Source of the DNA: Iphione sp. A-MEVVRFRX5
Lineage: Eukaryota
Direction: 5' to 3'
DNA length: 64,000 bases
Assembly: GCA_976226885.1 (NCBI GenBank)
Contig: OZ320321.1
Location: 73,842,001 to 73,906,000 of the forward strand
In this document: positions 23,198 through 34,749 of the stretch, piece by piece
Position numbering within the stretch: position 1 is the stretch's first letter
How the letters are laid out: every line of letters starts with the position of its first letter
Made by a program: the position numbers and the translations under genes
Notes under the pieces: model-generated
What the model saw: the letters and a program-made list of their open reading frames with translations, nothing else
Databases searched by the model: none
Told to the model about the DNA's origin: nothing

Positions 23198-26016
23198 TCA
23201 CATGAGGTTCCACACTCCTATAGGGCACAGCACACTTTTGGCATCTTGCGTAATGGCATCAGCGCTCTCACTCCGTAGTGCATACAAGTTCACCCCAGAC
23301 AACGATGGCTTTCCTTTCAGTCTCTCAGGCAACTTGTTCCACGCACACATGCCCTTGTACCGCAAAGATCTCTCATACAAGGCACTCCTCGGATGATGGA
23401 CACAGCATCTTATGCGGTCACCTTGTCTCGTCCTTGACCGAGGCTCCATCTCAGTCAGACCAAGTTTCACTAACCTGTGAACGGTCACTATCCCCTTGCA
23501 TTCTATGAGACTCTCCACCCTCGGTACTCCAAACTGCTGGTGTAATCTCTGTGCCGATAGAAAGCCTTTTCTTTGGACACACACCCATGCACACCTATTA
23601 ACAAGGACCTGGAGCCTGACTGTATCGGATTTGCCTATCATATACAGGGCCGGCAGCTGGTACATAAGATGCGACAGCACCAGAGATTTGAAGAGATCCA
23701 CCCTTGCCCGAATGGGAAGATACTGCTTGATGTGAGAAACTTTCCGAGCTGATGACCACATCCTCTCTCTAACAATTTTTAGTGTTCCTTTCACTCCTAG
23801 CTTCGGCTCAAAGCAGTAACCTAATATAGATTGGGTCGGTGTGAGTTCTAGGCGATTCCCATATAGCTCCAGATCCAAGTCAACATCACAAGTTTGCCCC
23901 ATGGTCATATAGGAGCATTTGTCGTGACTCAAAACAAAGCCATTTTCGGTACACCATGTCATCACACAGTCCACAGCCTCCTGCACCTTTTCTCTTAACT
24001 TTAGGAGATCACTCGCAGCTGTGATCAGTGTGAGATCATCAGCATACATCACTACATGAGCGCCACAAGGAAGTGCTTCCACTATTTGATTAAATACCCA
24101 TACAAAAGCACTAGGCCCAAACGCAGACCCTTGGGGCACTCCTTCCTTTAGTGGCATTATGGCTGAGCAATGATTGTCACACTTCACATACTGACCTCTA
24201 CCTGTAAAATAGCTCTCGATCATCCTCCTCGTTTTAATTCCTACCCCCATGTTACAAAGTACCCGCAAGACACTTGTGTGTGGTACTAGGTCGAATGCCT
24301 TTTTTAGATCTAGAGCTATTAGACTAAATGTAGAGACCCTGATTCATTTTGTCACAAATGATGTTACTGAGCATACCATAGGCGGTGTCCGTACCTCTAC
24401 CCTTCCTGAAGCCATGTTGACCAGCATCTAACAAGTTGTTCGCCTCCACAAATTTCATTAGTTCTGAAGTGAACCATTTTTCACAAATCTTCCCAGGTTA
24501 GGGTAGAATGGACACTGGCCTATAATTTCCCAGATCCTCGATACAACCTTTCTTATACACTGGTGTGACTCTCGATATTTTCCAGGCTGCTGGGTACCTG
24601 CCAGTGCGGTATATTTCACAGAATAACCATGATACAAAATCAGTCACCCTGAGTAATAAAGGCTTTAGTATTTGAGTGGGAACCCCCAGAATACCAGATG
24701 GTTTATCAGTATTGATCTTCAGGATCAGGTCAGCTACATAAGTCGGCGTCGGTTCTGTCAGGTCATATTTTCCATCTTCCCTTATCTGTGATTCACCTGC
24801 GACTTCATCTCCACTATTTGTCCCTGCTGCCCCTGCCAGATTTTCTACCTCAGAGATAAAGTACCTGTTGAAGGCCTGAGCAAGAGTCCCTGCCTGTCTG
24901 TCAGTTGAAGTACCCCAGGTAGGTAATAATCTCTGCACCTTGTTTTTGTTCAGCTGAGTGTTCATTACCTTCCATTTTTCTGCCTGACTGTTGCCTGCCA
25001 AGTGCAATTTCTTCCCCCAGAAAGCCCTTTTTTCCTCACTCAGCGCCAATTTTGATTTCTTCTTCAAAAATTTAAAAATATTGCCACTGTCTACACACCC
25101 CTTTTCCTTCCAAGCTCTAAAGAAGTGGTCTGTCACCCATCAGTTTCTTTAGTCCAATGCTTATAGCAAACCCATCCTCTCTAACTTTTTTGGTGTTTTC
25201 TCTGGACAGACTTATCTCCCTTGTTGCTTTCTCAAACTGACCCCATGCGTCTTCGTGATCCCCCTTTTTCGAAATGCACCCCCTATCCCTTAGTCTTTCC
25301 TCAATATCATCAATATCTGCATCCTTCCATCTTCTAACAACATACTGTTCTGCGGTTGTTCATGGGACACCCTTCTTAATTGTCACTGACACAGGCAGGT
25401 GGTCACTAATGAATTCATTATGTACACTACCTCCTTGACAGCCCTTTAATTTCACCCAGATATGATCAATAACATGACTGTTGCTGACCATTGAAGGGTC
25501 TGTGATCATCTGAGTGAAGCCCTGGCCTGACAGAAATGCACAGGTCCAATTCTGGTTTATTGAAGTCATAATTAAAGTCCCCCAGAATAATCTTGTCTCG
25601 CCTACCACCCAGAAAGAAGGACTTATAAGCCTCTGTTAGGACTTCCGTTGTTCCAGCCAATTTATTGTCTGGTGGCCTGTATACACAAAGCAAATCTAAT
25701 GGACGGCGCTTGCCACACTTCAGTTTAATCCCCAAAATTTCACATGTTGAGTTGCTGTTACATGTCCCCATTGTGTCTAACAATATGAAGTCTTCTCTAT
25801 AGTAGAGTAGCAACCCTCCTCCTCTCTTCCCTGTTGCTGTCTGTCTGTCCCTTCTCACTACCCTGTAGCCTGGTATTTGGATGTCATTGTCAGTTATGCT
25901 ACTGTTTAGCCATGTCTCCGTCACACATAGTATATGTATGTTTCTCTGCACCAAGAAGTTCTTGACTTCCTGACTAAACTCCTCACATTCCATGTTGCAA
26001 CCTGCAGTCCCACCAT
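23198..26016 (-). pseudogene. Element A ORF2: APE endonuclease + reverse transcriptase (frameshifted)
   Basis: VATWNVRSL, LCVTETWL, GGGLLLY, YRPPD, GDFN, SDHLPV; WKISRVTPVYKKG..NYRPVSILP; GVPQGSAFGP, YADD, AWNKLP. Confidence 0.95.
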
Positions 26017-27773
26017 ATTTATAATTATACTTGAACGTGCCTCTCCCCCAAAAGTATGTTAACAACAATTGATATCACATATAGTATTAGTAATACAGGA
26101 TATATATGTCAGTGTGCATGTCAATGATGTATGTCAAGCTATATGTCAATTCTATGTGTCAGAGCTCTGTATCAATGCTCTATATCGGTACTCTACAGCA
26201 GTGCTCCCATGGGAGTAACCCTTCCACTATACAGGTAACACTCCGGACTATATCACAGATAAGAGATATATTAATCACATGTCATAATTGTCAGTGATAA
26301 TAGCAAGATACTCTAGAGATTGTGGTATTGATTACTAGATAAAGTACAAAATGCATCTCCAATCAAAAAGGATTGAATTAAATGAGCATATCTTTCAGAC
26401 TAGTTAAGTATGGATAAACACCTCGATGCATTCTTGGCTGAGGTCGCATTGCTGGATTTGTTAACCGCATACACATATGGCAACCAGGTATTATGATACC
26501 ATGTAGTTGGATGCGGGTCAGGGGCAGTATCAAGACTAAGCAGTCATTGACATCACATTGAGTCAATTAGAAGAGATCAATCACAGCTCAAGATGTTACG
26601 TAAATACAATGACGGGTTTACTTGGATAGCATCAGGTAGAAATTATGTTACTTATAGACAAATACATATCATTATGGCACAAGAGACAATATTTTTCAAA
26701 TGATAATTCCCTAAACCAGAGTAAATGCAACAGGTATTTAAGTCATCAAACTCAGAGTCATCAAACTCAGACTTTGAATAGGGCAAATGAACAGTTGAGC
26801 AGCACGAGAATACTCGAGTGGTCAGACAGCATCAGGAGTACGATGTCTCAATTTGAGCATAAGCAGAAGATAAATGAGTGATGTATATAGATTCTGAGAT
26901 AAGCAGGTAGACATATCACAGGTTTTATCTGAAGTCAGGCATTTGCTATACATGTAATAAAGAATGGAGTTCAGTCAGTAGGATGACATAGCGTCATACA
27001 ATGGGTACAATCTGCACCTCACCCTGTGATAATTATGCGTGAATATTCAAGTGTAGAAAAAACAACAAAGAGCATCTGCACTCCCGGTTATGGGCCAGTA
27101 CTGGTTGGAGAATGGTATTAAGTGAATGGTTGCTTGGATACTATAATCAACAGATCTGGATTAGTCAATGCGAGAATTAATAGACAATAATTTTCCTTAG
27201 GACACAACCCGGTCGTAGTGAAGTAAAGCTGATACTATGTTTCATTAAGGACTGGCAAACACATATTCCCACATTCAAGGTATGAATTACATAACTGACC
27301 ACAACAACCGGGACCCAACCTAATCATCACTCGAAAGACAAGCATTTATAGGTGAGTATAGGATAATGGTATAAGCGACATCCGATTAATAACCGATGCA
27401 ACAGTCCTGTGAACGTACAGTGCTCCACAGAATAACAGTGATAATGATCCCGACTATACATGCACAACTAAATATAACATAGTGACATAAGATGACAGTC
27501 AACACAAGGTTCAAGAATTTCAATAAGAAGCATCAATATCAAATACTGGGCATATCAGATAATGGTGCCCAAAGTTCTGTGTTCAGCTACATCGGTAGTA
27601 CCTGAGCAGTCCAAAAGGGAGAAAAAGAGGGTTAATCCTGCGAATACGAAATTGTTCAAGTACTGTTGCCCAAATGTGTACAAGTTTTTTAGAGATGACT
27701 CAGCCCTCCCGGTCATGGGTCAGTCTGTTCGGTGGAGGGAAGACATCACATGAAGAATTGTACGGGCACCAAA

Positions 27774-28500
27774 TCAATAGTTCACATGAACGAGGGGGCC
27801 ATTGTTATTTATGTGGTAATAGCCATAGAGGAAAATGTACTCATGTAGAAAAAGGCGAATGGTGTAACTCCACTCGCCCACCGTTGCATCCTTGGGCCTG
27901 AACCCATCGTGCCTGAGGTGGTCAAAGTTATTAACTATATCTCCCCCACTTGGATGAGTGACCGGAGTAGCCAACGTACAGGGGAAGACTCCAATGGAGC
28001 TGGATGAGCTCTCACACCTTGACGTTATGGATGAACACCACCGCGTTGACTTTGAATTGCTCTAAGTCATCAGTGATGTGCGGGTTCATGCCAGATAAGT
28101 CGACGCATGCCGCCGGGCAGAGGATGACATGAGGACCACCATTTGGGCCCACATTGCACAGATGGCGAATCTTTCCAAGATAATAATCAAGTTGTTCCGC
28201 GTAGTTTGCAGGGGAACCCGTACGAACAGTCCACTCACCAGCTTCCTTCACCATCCAATCGTACATTCCGGTGGCAACTAGCAACAAGTGGAAACTGGAA
28301 ACATCGCTGTAGGACAGCCATCTCGCGATTTTCCTGTACGAGCACCTCTTGAGTGTTACTAGGTACATGGTCACAGGCGGCAACAAATGTAAGGACGCTT
28401 CCAGCTCCCTAAAGGCTGGCGAAGACCTTGTATCTGCGATGACCAGAATTCTCGTACAATGGGACGACCGTCCCTGTTGTGGATTCTTCATCACTTTCAC
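27774..28500 (-). pseudogene. Element A SGNH-hydrolase-like ORF (frameshifted)
   Basis: ILVIADTR..FHLLLVATGMYDW..VILCPAACVDL..HDGFRP; collinear with element C 57979-58707. Confidence 0.65.
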
Positions 28501-28595
28501 TGCAAAAAAAAAATGGAGACATAGCAGTCATGATCACTTTCCTAAACATTCGACATATTACCCCATAAGCAGAGAACTTGTGCAATTGTGACGTG

Positions 28596-30120
28596 CTACA
28601 TGTCCGTTGTGTATTGCGCGCGAAGCCCCATCAGAACCTCCCCCACAATGTTTTTTCCAGCTGCGTTATCCGTCGTTGCATTACGAAGCGATGTGACCCC
28701 CCTAACCCCCATACTAAAAAGTAGGTCATGATCAACATAAAGAATACGCCGTGTTCCAGTAGAGATAAGTTCATCACGAGCCCTACTGTTGTTTTGAAAG
28801 TGTGAGGCATATACTTTTGTCAATATTACCTTCAAATGAGATTCCCATTCCGAAATTGATTGCGTTTTTTGGAATGCTCTCCTCGATTCCGCGCTGCTAC
28901 GACAGTTGTTGACAAATCTCAAATCACGCTCATAACGAGATCCCAACGAGAAGGCAGCCACTTCCGGTGAGGCGTATTGTTTACCATCAACAACTAATGG
29001 ACCTATCTTTTCCGGAGAGAATAGGGAATTATCAGCGTCGAATTTGTACACCTTGTCCAAAGTATGAGAGCTCAAGGTATCATCCTGCAGGTAAGATAGC
29101 AGATAGCGCGTGTCAAGTGGGGTAAATTTCTCACCATCGATGATAAGATCCACCCCCCTTACCATGGCCAAACTCCCTTGCCCACGTGCTTTCCTTGTGA
29201 GCCGTTGTTGCCTTTTGTTTATATCCAACACTGAGGAAGGTAGGTCCTCTTTGATGTAGATATCCATATTGTCATATCTCCTAAGCTTATGTTTATTTCG
29301 AAATATCTGGTTCCTTGCTTCAAGAGAGCTGACCAACACACCAACTCGTAAGTAGTCAGACGTTTCATTGTAAACAGTGCAGTCTAGCACCTTGTCATGC
29401 CGGATTCCTGCTATCGAGAGAAAGAGGTCAGCAAAGAACAATTTCAGTTGCTGCCTGTTAGCCTTCAGGATACCCTCAATACTCCTGTCATTTATTTCCA
29501 GGCGTGTTAAATCAAGTCTAACACCATTGCAGCCATCTGTCAGTGCCTTTAGCTTGATCTTGATGTCAGCAATTTTACTGTCAAGGGTTGAAGTCAATGC
29601 TTCATGACTGAGTTTGTGGTGAGTTTTCCACAGTTGATTTGAGATCACTGATGTCCTTTCTGAGAGTATTTATCTCGCCAATGAACCTCTCTTCTATCCT
29701 CTCCACAGTATGCTGGAATTCCTCACGGATCTCAGAGCTGATCACGTCGGGAGTAGCGTCAATTGGAGATAACCCATTATGTGTGACATCAGAGTCCTCA
29801 GTGTTTGGAGGAATCATTGGAGTGGAACTCATTAATTCTTCACCACGCTTAAACATGGGCTTCTTTAGTGGTCCATCCATATTCAAAGAGTTGATTTCTG
29901 GCCACTGGTCTGGAGACAAGTAGCCCTTGGAGAACGTGATACCATGATCGGCAGTAGACTCTGCATGGAGGTAAGTTAGGAACCTCGAATTGTTACTACT
30001 TATGGTAGAGTTCGTGATCTCAACCGAATTTGTGCCATTGTCCACATTCCTCACACTATTTGTGCAAAAGGTTAGATTATCCGGTGGGCATTTTGACAAT
30101 TTCGCAAGCTCCGACAGCAT
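28596..30120 (-). pseudogene. Element A ORF1: disordered N-terminus, coiled coil, RRM-like/CTD, C-terminal NADAR
   Basis: IYIKEDLP..MVRGVDLIIDGEKF, then VDGKQYASPE..W..HFQNN..ARDELISTG..ILYVDHD..GKNIVGEVLMGLR; frameshift at ~29640. Confidence 0.85.
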
Positions 30121-30369
30121 GAGACGGGTCAGGCAGCCTTCTCCGATAGCTGTAGTGAGCAGCCAAGATCTTTAGAGGTCTGAGGCAGATTGTCTGCGTT
30201 GTCTTCAGTCCTAAACGTGGTTCCAGAACACGTAGTAGACATAGTTAAATGACAACTGTCATTTGTAGGGAGTTTGTGGCGACCCATACCACATTTCTTC
30301 GCCATAACCGGGAGAGCGTTTGTCAGACACGTCTACTCGTCCGCCATGTTGTGCACCTACTGTTGAGTA

Positions 30370-30620
30370 TGGCTACCTTGTGGGTTTCCATCATGTTGAC
30401 CCTGTGGGGTATGGCTTCCCTTTGGAGTATGGAATTTCCTGTGGGGTATGGCTTCCATAATGTTGACCCTGTGGGGTATGGCTTCCCTGTGGAGTATGGA
30501 TTCCCTGTGGGGTATGGCTTCCATCATGTTGACCCTGTTGGGTATGGCTGCCTTGTGGGTTTTGATCTTGTGGACCCTGTTGGTTATGGCTGCCTTGTGG
30601 GTTTCGATCTTGTGGACCTG
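30370..30620. repeat. 66-bp and 42-bp tandem monomers in the 5' region of element A
   Basis: tgttgaccctg recurs at 30394, 30461 and 30527; tgtggacc recurs with a 42-bp step. Confidence 0.85.
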
Positions 30621-33600
30621 CCAGATGGTCCTCAAATACTTCTGCTGCTTCAGATGGCAATCGTTCAACAGACATCTTTCTTTTCCTGGCGGTGTGTTCC
30701 TGTCTTCCTGGCGTGTTCGGAGTGCAATGAGGGGAATGAAAATACATTCAAGGTCTCCCACACCTCTGACCTCGTGGGACCTAGCACTGGTGGACCCTAG
30801 ACTTGCCACCATACTCCTCCTTATCTACTTTTGATTCTCCCCTCTCCTCCTCCCCCCTCCCTTCTACTCTCTCCCCTTCTCTTTTCTCTCCCTCTCCTCT
30901 CCTTCTCCCTCTCCATCCCCCCTTATCTCTCTCCCTCTTGTTTTCACTCTCTCCCTGTCTCCCTCTCCCTTCTCCCTCTCCCGATCCCTCACTTTCTCCC
31001 TCTCTTCTGCCACTCTTCTGCTCTCTCTCCCTCTCCTTAACACTCTCACTCTATCCCTCTCATTCCCCCTCTTTCTCCTCTTTCTCTCTGCGCAGCCTCG
31101 TTGTATGCCAAATTTTAACCACAGTAAGCCTGTAGCCAGGTACATAACATTATATGAATACCGCTTGCGCTACAGCATTCTTAATCTCATGTTATTTCAC
31201 ACTTACCAAGCAACATACACTCCAGAGTTTCTGCCACAGTTTCTGCCACATCATGTATCCTGTCGTGTGTAGAGGTCTCTGCATCCTTCGTGGCTCGTAC
31301 AACCTGAGAGCAGGCAATTTGCCGCCAGTGACCATCTTGAATGCAGACTGATGGGACAAGCTGGTGCGACACGTGGCCATCGTCGGGGGCATTTTATTGC
31401 TGCCTCATTTCCATCACAGCGTAGCCTTGCCAAGTTCCCGCCTCAGCTCATATAGACATTGACAATGTCGGACATGGCAACAAGCATGCATCACCCAGGG
31501 GGTTGGGGAAGGGGTGAGTAAGGTACACAAATTGGCCACACCATTACACAAGGACAGGTACCCAAGCTATATTACAAGTACTATGCACGTTACAAAACTT
31601 TTCATGCCCATGCCCAAACTGAGTTAGAAGTTTTACTCACTATGATATCACACCTGCACAGTTGCCAACCGAGGGTGGTGCATGGCAACTGACCTGCCCT
31701 CCTTGGTTGCTGCGCTCTCAGATGCCGCTGGTGTCACTGTTATTTGTGGCATTGTGTTTATGTCAGCTGGGTCCTGAGAGGAAACAACACATGCTCTGTC
31801 AAACATTTTTTGTAACATAGTTGTCATTCTGGCAAGCACTCATAACACAGTGAATATCAGCACACCATAAAATGATTACACAGTTGCAAAGTCATTCGAG
31901 CAAGTACCACATTACAGGTAGGTTACTTACATGTCCGCCTGAGGGAAGAGGTCTGGTCCGAACAGGTGAAGGCAGCCTGAGCAGTTGTAGAGGTGGCGGG
32001 GTACCAGTGGGGTGAGATGGCGCACCTCTTGTCAGTTCAGGTGCCTGACAATCAAGTAATTTTATATAGGTGACATTTTCAAAAGATTTCGAAACCACCA
32101 GTGATTCAAAAGATTTCGAAACCACCAGTGATGCAGAGGACATCGGTTGAAATCCCAATCAAGGCAATATTTCAGATCATGGAAAAACTCAAATCTGTGC
32201 TCTTTTTGATTTTAGTATATAGTGGATAGTCTAAAGAGCTGTGCTCTTTGCTGTGCTCTTTCATCTTAGTATATAGTGGGTTACTTACCTGTTCACGGAA
32301 GGGAAGACATGGCCATCCACCATTGCTGGTGGTGGCTTCGGGCGGCGGTGGTGGATGGCCACTGGTGGTGGGCTCGGGTGGCGGTGGATGGCCACTGGTG
32401 GTGGCCACCGGGGACGTGTGTGACGGCACCTGAGAACCAAGTAACTTTTATATAGGTGACACGCTAGCTGATAATCTGTTGGAAAGAGCTGTGCTCTTTC
32501 ATTTTAGTATATAGTGGATAGTCTGTAAAGAGCTGTGCTTTTAGGTATATAGTGGGTTACCTACCTGTTCACAAAGAGGAAGGCGCCTGATCAGCAGCAG
32601 CGGGGAACGAGTTGGGTGTCTGCTGCTTCCTCCCTCTCTGGATTTTGGTCTGTATTGCAATGTGGTAATAGGTGATCATGTGTCATTAGGCTCAATGTTC
32701 TCTGAACAGGTTAATATGGGTTTAAACATTGTATATCATACACCCCACAACAAAAAGTAACATTATGTTAGTGTGAGAACACTAAAAATACCTCCATTCC
32801 TGTTGATCTATAGGAAACAAAACAAGGATCCCAACATATGTAACAGGTCTTCATACATTCATAACCACATTGAACTCATAAATAATCCATTGATGACATG
32901 CATGTGTTTTTCAAAAAAGATTATATACTTTGACCTCCCCCACTCCCAACATAGGTTGGGGGCAGGTGGGGGGGACAAACCTTTAGCCACTGAGGTTGCC
33001 AAAGGCGCTTGTAATGTGTAAAAAATAGATATTAGAAATACAAACACCAAACTGTGCTAAAGGCATCTACCTTACCAGGTCATCTCAACCATGACAATGA
33101 AGTAACTGTATATAGGTGACACGCTAGCTGATGTCCTCTTTCATTTTAGTATATATTGGGTTACTTACCTGTTCAGGGAGAGGAAGCTGCCTGATCACAA
33201 GCAGCAGGGTACGAGTGGGGTGTGCCTGTTCCTCCCTGTGTGGGTGTCGGTCTGTAGCACAATGTGTTAATAGGTTATCATGTGTCACATGTTCACATCC
33301 TCTTACCCAAGATAGCCTTTTTATGCGTTATGGCTAAGATAGCCTTTTTATGCGTTATGGCTACAGCAAATTCTTGGTATCGTTTTATTCATTTCTGTGT
33401 GTCAGATTGCTGTGCATCAAAATGATGCGAAGTAACAAGGCAGTTAGGCCTGGTTACTTCGCATTGTTTTGATCACTGCCCACTCCTGGCATGTCAGTCC
33501 ATGGGGGCAGCCCTGGCGATGGAAGTCATCCCCAGCCACTGAGGATGACTTTGCCACACAGTCCTGCTCTGTGGGCTGGTTTTTCTTCAAGTACTGTTCT

Positions 33601-33729
33601 CTCTTTGAGTTCTTTTTTCAAACTGTCCTGGCTGATCAGAGCTCAGTTCTTTAGCAACTTCAAGCATTGATGCACTGCTTTCTTTCTTGGAATTCCCCTC
33701 CTCTTTCAACCTCTGAGACTTTGCGTAGA

Positions 33730-34720
33730 AGGCTTGACATACAGGGTACTGAAGCTAACAAGTGCTTCTGGCAACCAAGATTTCGAATCGATGAGTGATG
33801 ATATTCTGGCAAAGAACTTGGAAAATTTCTCTGCAAGCATATGGACAAAAGACGGAAAGCTGTATTGTAGTACTCTCAACTATAGTCCCCCTCATGCAAG
33901 AAATGTGGACATCACAAAGGATCATGAGTTCAGGCAGGCCAATCTAACTTATCGCGGTTAGGTATCTAAAATTTGAAAAGATGGATTTGACAAATCTGCC
34001 CATAAATCTATGATAGAGGAGGGAGATATAAAAAGTTATGATACTGTACTCCTTGATAACCCCAAAGGGTTACAACAACAGGTGTTTTTTGAGATTATGC
34101 TCCACTTCAGGAGGAGGGGGCGTGGGGGACTGAGGCAATTGAACAAGAGTTCTTTCCAATTCCAAACTGATGCAAATGGAATGTTACGATGTCTCAAAAT
34201 GAATGTGAAAAAATGTGTAAAGGTTGCAGGGAGGATAAGGAAGACACTGAAAAAAGCTATTGGTTCATGCCAAGTGCTTGACCCATTAAAGTAAACAAAA
34301 TCGTGGAACCTAGACCAATTAAAACATTCAAACATCAAATACAGGACAGTAAGATCAACTGCACTATGCTTAAACATCACTTTTCATACTATTGGGACAA
34401 AAAGTGGAGTTTGATGATATAAGTTAGGGAAGATTTCACAGAATGTAAACAAAAATTCTGTCTTGTCTTGTTTTGGAAAAGAAACTATGCATAAAACTAA
34501 TGCGAATTTGAATGTGTGCCAACCCCCAGAGAAAAGTGATGCTGTTGCATAATGCTCAAGTCAGTCGAGTGTAATTCAAACAAAGCAGAATGTAGAAGTA
34601 ATGCTGCAGAGACCTTGAAATATTTGTTCCAAGGTGCTGTGATGAACAATTGTACTGTTAATATGAATATGACATGTAAACTTTTGTGCTATTTTGAACT
34701 CAATATGCCTTGATATTACA
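33730..34720 (+). mobile_element. Degraded Crypton-type (DUF3504 tyrosine-recombinase-like) element
   Basis: DFESMSDDILAKNLENF..KDGKLY, PPHARNVDITKDHEFRQAN and LQQQVFFEIMLHFRRRGRGGLRQL..FQFQTDANG are typical of the CryptonA/ZMYM/KCTD1 DUF3504 family. Confidence 0.8.
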
Positions 34721-34749
34721 TGAAATGTTAATAATCTTTAAAACTACTT

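Larger units (their letters stand above)
22300..30738 (-). mobile_element. Element A: full-length (~8.4 kb) decayed CR1/L2-group LINE, ORF1(RRM-NADAR) + SGNH-like ORF + APE-RT
   Basis: 3' end has AATAAA plus an (ATTCA)-type tail at ~22300-22335. The empty site cccaaaatacattcaagg is seen at ~21558; AAAA is duplicated at 22296-22299 and 30739-30742. Internal ORFs are listed separately. Confidence 0.88.

Noticed and set aside
30803-31145. Ser/Leu/Pro-rich and Arg/Glu-rich ORFs (also 39486-39828)
   Set aside because: Polypyrimidine low-complexity tract read in different frames.
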